Shown piece by piece: positions 21,212 to 29,098 of a stretch of DNA of 32,000 nucleotides. A program made the translations under genes and the position numbers. The DNA is from Candidatus Saccharimonadota bacterium (GTDB lineage: Bacteria > Bacteroidota > Bacteroidia > Flavobacteriales > Blattabacteriaceae): contig CP100318.1 in assembly GCA_029851085.1 (NCBI GenBank), positions 270,001 to 302,000 of the forward strand, read 5' to 3'. Numbering within the stretch: position 1 is the stretch's first letter; every line of letters starts with the position of its first letter. The notes beneath the pieces are model-generated. The model saw nothing but the letters and a program-made list of their open reading frames with translations. It was not told the origin of the DNA and made no database searches.

Positions 21212-21316
21212 AGAGGCAAGTCATATGCCACACATCGCTATAACTACCTTACCTTTGCTGTGTTCCCACCCTGGAGGGATTTAGCATTAGCTGATTGTGC
21301 CAAAAAACTTACCTCT
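21212..21316 (-). ncRNA. ffs: Signal recognition particle RNA (small bacterial 4.5S type)
   Basis: Reverse strand reads 5'-AGAGGUAAGU...CCAGG-GUG-GGAA-CAC-AGCA...ACUUGCCUCU-3'. Compare the E. coli domain IV core AGG-UCC-GGAA-GGA-AGCA (GNRA tetraloop at 21263-21266). The 5' and 3' ends form a 10-bp terminal helix (AGAGGUAAGU/ACUUGCCUCU, one G-U pair). The 105-nt length fits 4.5S RNA. Locally G+C-richer than the flanks. Confidence 0.7.
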
Positions 21317-21440
21317 ATTCTATCACAAATATAGAAAAATATTATTAATAATGAAAATTACAATAATAGGAGAAACTTACCTCTATTCTATCACAAATAT
21401 AGAAAAATATTATTAATAATGAAAATTACAATAATAGGAG
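21305..21440. repeat. Exact 68-bp tandem duplication covering the ffs 5' end, the ffs-mdh spacer and the first 22 nt of mdh
   Basis: 21305-21372 and 21373-21440 are identical base for base; flanking bases differ. The copy-1 ATG at 21351 opens the short ORF MKITIIGETYLYSITNIEKYY, with its TAA stop at 21414-21416. Confidence 0.97.
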
Positions 21441-22348
21441 CAGGTAATGTAGGAGCTACATCTGCTGAGATTTTATTTAAAAAAAATGTTGTAAAAGAAA
21501 TAATTTTATTAGATGTAAAAAAAAATCTTGCTGAAGGAAAAGCAATAGATATTTCGCAAACTGCTCCTATAAATGGATCTTATAGTAAGATTATTGGCGT
21601 AACTAATGATTACTCTAAAACAGAAAATTCTAAAGTAATAGTAATAACTTCAGGTATTACTAGAAAATATAATATGAGTCGTGATGATTTAATCAATATA
21701 AATGCTAATATTGTAAAATCAGTAATTAAAAAATCTATAGAATATTCTCCTGATACAATATTTATTGTTGTATCTAATCCGCTTGATGTAATGACATATG
21801 TTGCTTTTATTTCATCTAAAATAAATGCTTCTCGTGTATTCGGAATGGCTGGAATTTTAGATAAAGCTCGTTATTGTACTTTTTTAGCAACGGAATTAAA
21901 TTGTTATCCTCAAGATATTCAAACTTTATTATTAGGAAGTCATGGAGATACTATGGTACCTTTACCTCGTTATACTACTGTATCTGGTATTCCCATAATA
22001 GAATTAATTGATAAGTCAAAAATTGATTCTATTATAGAACGTACTAAAAAAGGTGGTCTAGAAATTGTTAATATGTTAGGTACTTCTGCTTGGTATGCTC
22101 CAGGTGCTGCTGTTGCTCAAATGGTAGAATCAATTATTAAAGATTCTAAACGGATATTTCCTTGTAGTGCTTGGTTACAAGGAGAATATGGTTTAAAAAA
22201 TATATATTTAGGTGTTCCTGTAATTTTAGGAAAAAATGGTATAGAGAAAATTTTAGAATTAAAATTAAATAATGAAGAAATGAATTTTTTGAAAAAATCA
22301 GCTGAACATATAACAAATATGATAAAAGTAATAGATAAATCTGAATAA
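21419..22348 (+). CDS. mdh: Malate dehydrogenase (LDH-like MDH family)
   Basis: 309 aa. MKITIIGAGNVGA Rossmann motif, GITRKYNMSRDDL (Arg typical of MDH substrate specificity) and LGSHGDTMVP. Confidence 0.93.
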   Translation: MKITIIGAGNVGATSAEILFKKNVVKEIILLDVKKNLAEGKAIDISQTAPINGSYSKIIGVTNDYSKTENSKVIVITSGITRKYNMSRDDLININANIVKSVIKKSIEYSPDTIFIVVSNPLDVMTYVAFISSKINASRVFGMAGILDKARYCTFLATELNCYPQDIQTLLLGSHGDTMVPLPRYTTVSGIPIIELIDKSKIDSIIERTKKGGLEIVNMLGTSAWYAPGAAVAQMVESIIKDSKRIFPCSAWLQGEYGLKNIYLGVPVILGKNGIEKILELKLNNEEMNFLKKSAEHITNMIKVIDKSE

Positions 22349-22398
22349 TTTTTTTTGAATTGCTTTTTATTTTGTATATTCATAATATTATCAATTTT

Positions 22399-23403
22399 AT
22401 GAAAAATATTACTTCTAAAACTTATCTCAAATGGTTTAAGGATATGTGTTTATGGAGACGATTTGAAGATAAATGTCGTTACTTATATTTTAAACAAAAA
22501 ATTAGAGGATTTTTACATTTATATAATGGACAAGAAGCTATTGCAGCAGGAGTTACTCATGCAATTGATCTTAACAAAGATATAGTAATTACAGCTTATA
22601 GGTGTCATATACTTGCAATTGCTATGGGTGTTGATCCTAAAATTGTTATGGCAGAACTTTATGGAAAAATTACTGGTACTTCTAAAGGAATTGGTGGATC
22701 TATGCATATTTTTAGTAAAAAAAATCGTTTTTATGGAGGTTATGGTATTGTAGGAGGACAGATACCTATAGGAGCAGGTATAGCATTTGCAGATAAATAT
22801 TTTGGTCGTAATTCGGTAACGTTAACTTTTATTGGAGATGGAGCAGTTAATCAAGGATCTTTGCATGAAACTTTTAATATTGCTATGAATTGGAAACTAC
22901 CAGTTATATTTATATGTGAAAATAATAAATATGCAATGGGCACTTCAGTTGAAAGAAGTACATATATAAAAAAAATTTATAAAATTGGATTAGCATATAA
23001 TATGCCATCTCTAGAAATAGATGGAATGGATCCTGCTAAAATAGCATCCGCTACTTATGAAGCAGTTGAAAAGGCTAGAAAAGGAGATGGTCCTACATTT
23101 TTAGAGATGCGTACTTATAGATATAGGGGACATTCAGTTTCAGATGCAGAAAATTACAGAACTAAAGATGAAATACTTAAATATCAAGAAAAAGATCCTA
23201 TTTTAAAAATAAAAAATATGATTTTAACTAATAAATGGTATACAGAAAAAGATATTAAAGAGATTGAATATCAAATTAATATAAAAATTGATCAATGTGT
23301 TAATTTTGCTGAAAAATCTGATTTTCCTTATATTGATACAATGTATAATACAGTTTATTATCAAAAGGATTATCCTTTTGTGGATAAAATAATAAATAAA
23401 TAA
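22399..23403 (+). CDS. pdhA: Pyruvate dehydrogenase E1 component, alpha subunit
   Basis: Start trimmed to the ATG at 22399 (MKNITSKTYLKWFKDMCLWRRFEDKC...). Contains GFLHLYNGQEA, the TPP motif GDGAVNQGSLHETFNIAMNWKLPVIFICENNKYAMGT, and YRYRGHSVSD. The track start at 22360 is a non-ATG codon upstream. Confidence 0.92.
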   Translation: MKNITSKTYLKWFKDMCLWRRFEDKCRYLYFKQKIRGFLHLYNGQEAIAAGVTHAIDLNKDIVITAYRCHILAIAMGVDPKIVMAELYGKITGTSKGIGGSMHIFSKKNRFYGGYGIVGGQIPIGAGIAFADKYFGRNSVTLTFIGDGAVNQGSLHETFNIAMNWKLPVIFICENNKYAMGTSVERSTYIKKIYKIGLAYNMPSLEIDGMDPAKIASATYEAVEKARKGDGPTFLEMRTYRYRGHSVSDAENYRTKDEILKYQEKDPILKIKNMILTNKWYTEKDIKEIEYQINIKIDQCVNFAEKSDFPYIDTMYNTVYYQKDYPFVDKIINK

Positions 23404-23404
23404 T

Positions 23405-24745
23405 ATGGCAGAAGTAGTATCAATGCCCCGTTTAAGTGATACAATGAATGAGGGTAAAGTAATTAAATGGTATAAAAAAGTAGGTGATAAAGTTTTCGAA
23501 GGTGATATTTTAGCTGAAATAGAAACTGATAAAGCTACTCAAGATTTTGAAATTGACATTAATGGTATATTACTTTATATAGGTGTACCTGAAGGAAAAA
23601 GTGCAAAAGTTAATGATATATTAGCTATAATTGGAGAATCTAATGAAGACATAAGTAATTTAATTACTAAAAATAAAGATTTAGATGAAAATAAAGATTT
23701 AGATGAAAATAAAGATTTAGATGAAAATAAAGATTTAGATGAAAATAAAGATTTAGATGAAAATAAAGATTTAGATGAAAATAAAGATTTAGATGAAAAT
23801 GAAGATTTAGATGAAGATGAAGATTTAGATGAAGATTTAGATGAAGATGAATATGAAGATGAAGATTTAGATGAAGATGAATATGAAGATGAAGATGAGA
23901 ATAAAAAAATTTTAGCTTCACCATTAGCTAAAAAATTAGCTATAGAAAAAAATATATCTTTACATAATATTGTTGGAAGTGGTATTAATAATCGTATTGT
24001 AAAACGTGATATTGAAAAACATATTGTAAAACAACGTGAAAAACAACGTGAAAAACAACATAATAAAAAAATCATTCCGCATTCTTATATGCGTAAGATT
24101 ATTGCAATACGTTTAACTGAATCTAAATTTACTGCTCCTCATTATTATTTAATGAGGGAAATTAATATGGATAATCTTATAAAATTAAGAATTGAAATTA
24201 ATAAGAAATTTTCTGAGGATAAAAAAATATCTATAAATGATATGATTATTAAAGCTTCTGCTATTGCATTACGTGAAAATCCAAAAATTAATACTTCATG
24301 GACAGATTCTTCAATAATTTATCATTCTGATATTAATATAGGTGTAGCAGTTGCAATAAAAGATGGTTTAATAGTTCCTGTTATTTCAAAAGTTGATCAA
24401 AAATCATTACGTAAAATATCTTATGAAATAAAAGATAAAGTTAATCGGATTAATTTAAATAAAATATATCCTAATGAAATATGTGGTAGTACATTTACTG
24501 TTTCTAATTTGGGAATGTTTGGAATAGAATTTTTTACTTCGATTATAAATAAACCTAATTCTTGTATTTTTTCTATAGGTTCTATTTTAGAAAAACCTAT
24601 TGTTAAAGAAGGAAATATCGTAATAGGTAAAACCATGAAAGTAACTCTAGCTTGTGATCATCGTATTGTAGATGGTGTGGTAGGTAGTACTTTTTTACAA
24701 ACTTTTAAAGATATAATTGAAAATCCTATACTAATATTAATATAA
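23405..24745 (+). CDS. pdhC: Dihydrolipoamide acetyltransferase (E2) of the pyruvate dehydrogenase complex, with repeat-expanded acidic linker
   Basis: 446 aa. Lipoyl domain with MPRLSDTMNEGKV..W and EIETDKAT, an E3-binding domain with ASPLAKKLAIEKNISLHNIVGSG, and catalytic CDHRIVDG. Confidence 0.92.
   Translation: MAEVVSMPRLSDTMNEGKVIKWYKKVGDKVFEGDILAEIETDKATQDFEIDINGILLYIGVPEGKSAKVNDILAIIGESNEDISNLITKNKDLDENKDLDENKDLDENKDLDENKDLDENKDLDENKDLDENEDLDEDEDLDEDLDEDEYEDEDLDEDEYEDEDENKKILASPLAKKLAIEKNISLHNIVGSGINNRIVKRDIEKHIVKQREKQREKQHNKKIIPHSYMRKIIAIRLTESKFTAPHYYLMREINMDNLIKLRIEINKKFSEDKKISINDMIIKASAIALRENPKINTSWTDSSIIYHSDINIGVAVAIKDGLIVPVISKVDQKSLRKISYEIKDKVNRINLNKIYPNEICGSTFTVSNLGMFGIEFFTSIINKPNSCIFSIGSILEKPIVKEGNIVIGKTMKVTLACDHRIVDGVVGSTFLQTFKDIIENPILILI
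23672..23898 (+). repeat. In-frame 18-bp tandem array (AATAAAGATTTAGATGAA x7 exact, then degenerating GAAGAT/GATGAA units) encoding (NKDLDE)7-NEDLDE-DEDLDE-DLDEDEYEDEDLDEDEYEDEDE
   Basis: Read directly: seven perfect copies across 23672-23797, followed by degenerate acidic copies up to about 23898. Confidence 0.95.
24028..24059 (+). repeat. 12-bp in-frame tandem repeat (AAACAACGTGAA x2 plus a partial copy) encoding KQREKQREKQ in the second E2 linker
   Basis: Read directly from the sequence. Confidence 0.9.
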
Positions 24746-24837
24746 TGAAAACGTATCCATATCCTATTGTATAGAGTTTATTTCTTTTCAAATGTTTAAA
24801 TATATGTTTATATGTAAAAAAATTTTAATTATGTGAT

Positions 24838-26553
24838 ATGCATAAAAAAATTATAAAATTGCGAAAAGAAATTTCGAAACATAATTATAAATATTATATA
24901 TCTAATAATCCTGAAATATCAGATTATGAATTTGATATGAAATTAAAAGAATTAGAGAAACTTGAAAATGAATATAATGATTTAACTTATACTACTAAAA
25001 AAATTGGTGAAGATGTTATTAAATGTTTTCCTATTGTAAATCATCGTTATCCAATGTATTCATTAAATAATGTTTATAGTAAACAAGAGGTAATTGATTG
25101 GGAAACACGTATAAAAAAACATTTAAAATCTTCATTAGAATATGTATGTGAATTAAAATATGATGGAATATCTATAAGTTTACATTATGAAAATGGATAT
25201 TTAATTAGTGCTTTAACTCGTGGAGATGGTATTCATGGAAATGAAATAATTGATAATATACGGATTATAAATTCAATTCCATTAAAACTAAAAGGTAATT
25301 ATCCTTATGATATTGAGGTTCGTGCTGAAATTATTCTACCTTTAATAGAATTTAAAAAAATTAATCAAGAACGTATAAAAAAAGGAAAGAAACCTTATGT
25401 TAATCCTCGTAATACAGTTAATGGTTTATTAAAACAAAAAAATAAAAATTATTTAGAATGTTTGGAATGTTTTGTTTATTCTATTATTAGTAATAATAAT
25501 TATAATAATCAATATTATAATTTAATGTATGCACGTGAGTGGGGATTTAAAGTTCCTGAAAGTGTTAATATTTGTAAATCAATTACAAGTATTTTTAATT
25601 ATATTGAATATTGGAATTTTGCTAGATATAATTTACAATATAATATTGATGGAATTGTTATAAAGGTTAATAATTATCATCAACAAGCAATATTAGGTTA
25701 TACCTCTAAATATCCACGTTGGGCTATTGCTTATAAATTCAAATCACAAAGAGTAATAACGCAAATTTTAAATGTTACTTTTGAAGTAGGACGTACTGGA
25801 GTAGTTACTCCTGTGGCAGAACTTAAACCTATTTTTTTTGATGGAACAACTGTTAAACGAGCTTCATTATATAATGAAGATATTATAAATAAATTAGATA
25901 TTTATAAGTCTGATTTTGTTATTATAGAAAAAGGTGGAAATATTATTCCTAAAATAATAGGCGTTGATTTTACTAAACGTACTACTAATAATAAGATTAA
26001 ATTTATAAATATATGTCCTGATTGTAATACATTTTTAATTAAAAAAAATAATATATATTACTGTCCTAATGAAATTGGTTGTTATTCACAAATAATAGAA
26101 AAAATAAATCATTTTGTTAGTAGAAAAGCTATGAATATTTACAATATAGGTAGTAATACTATTAAACAGTTATTTAACGCTAAATTATTACATACAATTG
26201 CAGATTTATATACTTTAAAAGTAAAGGATATAATGAATATAATGCATATATCAGAAAATAATGCACAAAATATTATAGAAGAAATAGAAAAATCGAAAAA
26301 AAATCCTTTTTATAAAGTTTTATATGCATTATGTATTCCTAATGTTGGAGAATATATAGCTAAAAAACTCACACATATATTTTTTAATATTGATGAATTA
26401 ATATTTGCTGATTACGATAAATTAAAAAATATTAACAATATAGGAAATAAAATTATTTTTTCTTTAAAAGAATATTTTTCAAAAGATTATAACATATTAA
26501 TTATTAATAAACTTAAAAAAAATGGTATAAAATTAAAAAAAAATGATATTTGA
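24838..26553 (+). CDS. ligA: NAD-dependent DNA ligase LigA (short form, apparently without a BRCT domain)
   Basis: 571 aa. Adenylation motif CELKYDGISISL, OB-fold region, four-Cys zinc finger CPDC...CPNEIGC and HhH repeats (IPNVGEYIAKKL, INNIGNKII). The protein ends right after the HhH region. Confidence 0.93.
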   Translation: MHKKIIKLRKEISKHNYKYYISNNPEISDYEFDMKLKELEKLENEYNDLTYTTKKIGEDVIKCFPIVNHRYPMYSLNNVYSKQEVIDWETRIKKHLKSSLEYVCELKYDGISISLHYENGYLISALTRGDGIHGNEIIDNIRIINSIPLKLKGNYPYDIEVRAEIILPLIEFKKINQERIKKGKKPYVNPRNTVNGLLKQKNKNYLECLECFVYSIISNNNYNNQYYNLMYAREWGFKVPESVNICKSITSIFNYIEYWNFARYNLQYNIDGIVIKVNNYHQQAILGYTSKYPRWAIAYKFKSQRVITQILNVTFEVGRTGVVTPVAELKPIFFDGTTVKRASLYNEDIINKLDIYKSDFVIIEKGGNIIPKIIGVDFTKRTTNNKIKFINICPDCNTFLIKKNNIYYCPNEIGCYSQIIEKINHFVSRKAMNIYNIGSNTIKQLFNAKLLHTIADLYTLKVKDIMNIMHISENNAQNIIEEIEKSKKNPFYKVLYALCIPNVGEYIAKKLTHIFFNIDELIFADYDKLKNINNIGNKIIFSLKEYFSKDYNILIINKLKKNGIKLKKNDI

Positions 26554-27685
26554 TATTATTTATTTAGATAAATATTATGATACGTTTAAAGAACATACAA
26601 TTACTTCTAGAATATTTAGACATTCTGAATTATTAATACAATTAGAAAAATATAATAATAAATGTATTATTGATTTAATAGGACATTCTATAGAAAAAAG
26701 AGAAATTTATAAAATCCAATTGGGTGAAGGAACAAAAAAAATAATGATATGGTCTCAAATGCATGGAAATGAAACTACAGGTACCATAGCTATGTTTGAT
26801 GTTTTACGTTATCTTAACGAGGATAACCCATTTACTAACTTTTTAAAAAAAAAGTTGAATATTTCATATATTCCAATACTTAATCCTGATGGATCAGAAA
26901 TATTTAAACGTAATAATGCAATAGATATTGATTTAAATAGAGATGCAATAGCTTTAAAGTCTCCTGAAATTAATATATTATTTAATAATATTAAATCTTT
27001 AACTCCTGATATTCTTTTTAATTTACATGATCAAAAAAGCATATATAATGTAGGTGATACACATAATCCGGCAGTATTATCTTTTTTAGCTCCTTCTGAG
27101 GATAAAAAACGTGCTATAACAGATTATAGAAAAAAAACTATGAATATAATAAATTTTATTGAAAAAAACCTTAAAATTATTTTGCCAGGTATGATAGGTA
27201 GATATTATGATAAATTTTATCCTACAGCTACAGGAGATAATCTTCAAAGAATGGGATATCCATGTGTATTATTTGAGGCTGGATATTATTTAAATGATTT
27301 GAAAAAAATTAAAGTTAGAAAATATAATGCACTTGCAATTTTATCCGGTTTGTTTTATTTAGCTAATGAAGAAAATATTGAACAAGATTATAGATATTAT
27401 TTTTCTATTCCAGAAAATAGCAAAAATATTATTGATTTAATTTATAAAAATGTAAAAATTAGAAAAAAAGGAATGGAATTTTATGTAGATATTGGTATTA
27501 TGTATGAAGAAAAATATAATATTTACACAAATACTATTGAATTTATTCCTAAAATAATTGAAATAGGTGATCTAAATCATTATTTTTATAGAAATGAGGT
27601 AAAAGCTTATGGAAAAAATTATATTGGAAAATATGGTAAAACTTATCCTAACATAGGTGAATGTGCTAATTTCAAACTTATTTAA
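26543..27685 (+). CDS. M14-family zinc carboxypeptidase-like protein
   Basis: 380 aa. WSQMHGNETTG (HxxE zinc motif), NPDG, IDLNRD and FNLHDQ (third zinc-ligand context) are arranged as in M14 peptidases. Overlaps the ligA end by 11 nt. Confidence 0.8.
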   Translation: MIFDIIYLDKYYDTFKEHTITSRIFRHSELLIQLEKYNNKCIIDLIGHSIEKREIYKIQLGEGTKKIMIWSQMHGNETTGTIAMFDVLRYLNEDNPFTNFLKKKLNISYIPILNPDGSEIFKRNNAIDIDLNRDAIALKSPEINILFNNIKSLTPDILFNLHDQKSIYNVGDTHNPAVLSFLAPSEDKKRAITDYRKKTMNIINFIEKNLKIILPGMIGRYYDKFYPTATGDNLQRMGYPCVLFEAGYYLNDLKKIKVRKYNALAILSGLFYLANEENIEQDYRYYFSIPENSKNIIDLIYKNVKIRKKGMEFYVDIGIMYEEKYNIYTNTIEFIPKIIEIGDLNHYFYRNEVKAYGKNYIGKYGKTYPNIGECANFKLI

Positions 27686-27690
27686 TAATT

Positions 27691-27834
27691 TTACTCATTA
27701 CTAACTGTCAATTTTTTTCTATTTTTTTTTCGTCTACGTGCTAAAATTTTCCTTCCATTATTATTGCTAATACGTTTAATATATCCGTGTTTATTTACTC
27801 TTTTTCTTTTTGATGGTTGATATGTTCTTTTCAT
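27691..27834 (-). CDS. rpmH: 50S ribosomal protein L34 (bL34)
   Basis: Not in ORF track (47 aa). Hand translation of the reverse strand gives [47 protein letters not shown], which is canonical L34. Confidence 0.93.
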   Translation of the reverse strand: MKRTYQPSKRKRVNKHGYIKRISNNNGRKILARRRKKNRKKLTVSNE

Positions 27835-27837
27835 TTT

Positions 27838-28194
27838 TTAAAATTGTATAATACTTTTTATTAAAGCTATTTTATTTTGATTTTCTATTTTAATAATAAA
27901 AGTTTTTCCAGATTTATTTTCTTTATATAAAATATAATATATGGGAAAAGGTTTTCTTCTAATTTTACTTTTATTAAAATCAACTTTACCATTTATTAAA
28001 AGTTTTTTAATATATTCTATATTATAGATAGAACATGTATCACAATTATTATCAAATAATAATTGTTTTCGTATTATATTACATAATACTCTGTAATTAG
28101 GCAAATAACATGAATATAAATTCATTCTATTGCATAGAATTATACCTAATAAAATTCCAACTAAAAAATATATAAAACGTTGATAAAAATTCAT
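27838..28194 (-). CDS. Small hypothetical protein with an N-terminal transmembrane helix
   Basis: 118 aa. Hydrophobic FIYFLVGILLGIILC, then CYLPNYRVL...NGKVDFNKSKIRRKPFPIY. It resembles, from memory only, a small conserved flavobacterial protein family (possibly DUF4258). Tightly coupled to tsaE (4-nt overlap) and rpmH. Confidence 0.6.
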   Translation of the reverse strand: MNFYQRFIYFLVGILLGIILCNRMNLYSCYLPNYRVLCNIIRKQLLFDNNCDTCSIYNIEYIKKLLINGKVDFNKSKIRRKPFPIYYILYKENKSGKTFIIKIENQNKIALIKSIIQF

Positions 28195-28598
28195 ATAAAT
28201 TTTATTTTACGAATAATTCCATTTTTGTTTATTATTACTTTATGATAATTAATAGGTAATATATGTTCATATTTATCAGGCCATTCAATTAAACAAATAT
28301 TTTTAGAATAAAAATATTCTTCATATCCTAAATCATATATTTCATATTCGTTTTCTATTCTATAGAAATCAAAATGATAAATTTTTCCTATTTCATTAGA
28401 CAAATATTCGTTTACTATAGAAAAAGTAGGACTATTTACTAAATTAGTACTACCTAAACATTGACATATATAACTTATTAAAGTAGTTTTTCCTGATCCC
28501 ATACTTCCATAAAAAGCTATTATATTATGATAATAATATTGTGAAATATAATTACCTACTTGTAATAAGTTATTTTTTTTTTTTATATAAAAAAGCAT
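28191..28598 (-). CDS. tsaE: tRNA t6A37 biosynthesis ATPase TsaE
   Basis: 135 aa. Contains FYGSMGSGKTTL (P-loop), VNSPTFSIVNEY, YHFDFYRI and LIEWPD, in the characteristic TsaE/YjeE motif order. Confidence 0.88.
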   Translation of the reverse strand: MLFYIKKKNNLLQVGNYISQYYYHNIIAFYGSMGSGKTTLISYICQCLGSTNLVNSPTFSIVNEYLSNEIGKIYHFDFYRIENEYEIYDLGYEEYFYSKNICLIEWPDKYEHILPINYHKVIINKNGIIRKIKFI

Positions 28599-28614
28599 AA
28601 ATAAATATTTAAAT

Positions 28615-29091
28615 ATGATAAAAAAACAAAAAAAAATAACATTTGATATTAAAAATACAATATATGATATTAATTATATATTGTCTATTTTACCACATAA
28701 GCAACCTTTTATTTTTGTAGATAAAATTATAGAATCTACAGATAATCATGTTGTTGGAATAAAAGCTGTTACTATAAATGAACCTTTTTTTGTTGGACAT
28801 TTTCCTAATGAACCAATAATGCCAGGGGTATTATTAATTGAAGCAATTGCACAAGTAGGTTGTATTTTTGTTCTAAGTAAAGTAGATGATCCTAAAAAAT
28901 ATTATACTTATTTATTAAAAATAGATAAAACAAAATTTAAAAAAAAGGTAGTTCCTGGAGATATTATTATATTTAAATTAAATTTATTAAAACCTATTAG
29001 AAGAAACATAATAAATATGCATGGATATGGATATGTTAATAATAATATAGTAGTAGAAACAGAATTAATTGCAAAAATATCTAAAATATAA
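28615..29091 (+). CDS. fabZ: 3-hydroxyacyl-ACP dehydratase FabZ
   Basis: 158 aa. LPHKQPFIFVDKI, FFVGHFPNEPIMPGVLLIEAIAQVG. Confidence 0.94.
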   Translation: MIKKQKKITFDIKNTIYDINYILSILPHKQPFIFVDKIIESTDNHVVGIKAVTINEPFFVGHFPNEPIMPGVLLIEAIAQVGCIFVLSKVDDPKKYYTYLLKIDKTKFKKKVVPGDIIIFKLNLLKPIRRNIINMHGYGYVNNNIVVETELIAKISKI

Positions 29092-29098
29092 AACAAAA

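Noticed and set aside
21210-21320. tRNA, tmRNA or riboswitch in the G+C-richer island after rplQ
   Set aside because: I could not fold a cloverleaf or find a T-loop (GTTCNANNC-type) or a tmRNA tag-reading frame. The minus strand instead carries the SRP domain IV motif and a closing helix of the right length.
23672-23797. Possible CRISPR array (seven identical 18-bp units)
   Set aside because: The units are directly adjacent with no spacers and are too short. They are in frame within the E2 coding sequence, and no cas genes are nearby.
23575-24075. Two long minus-strand ORFs (166 aa and 85 aa) with periodic SSKS / HLNLY sequences
   Set aside because: They are reverse-frame translations of the 18-bp tandem repeat inside the E2 linker. 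The periodicity comes from the repeat, not from a gene.
24746-24837. 14-codon ORF (MFKYMFICKKILIM) upstream of ligA as a leader peptide
   Set aside because: There is no associated attenuator structure or conserved motif. The size and composition are expected by chance in A+T-rich spacer.
5147-29098. Upstream start codons given in the ORF track for rpsG (5147), rplN (12613), rpsN (13863), rpmD (15978), rpsD (19162), pdhA (22360) and efp (29069)
   Set aside because: The extra N-terminal residues overlap the preceding gene and have no counterpart in the conserved N-termini. Internal ATGs reproduce the canonical protein starts.
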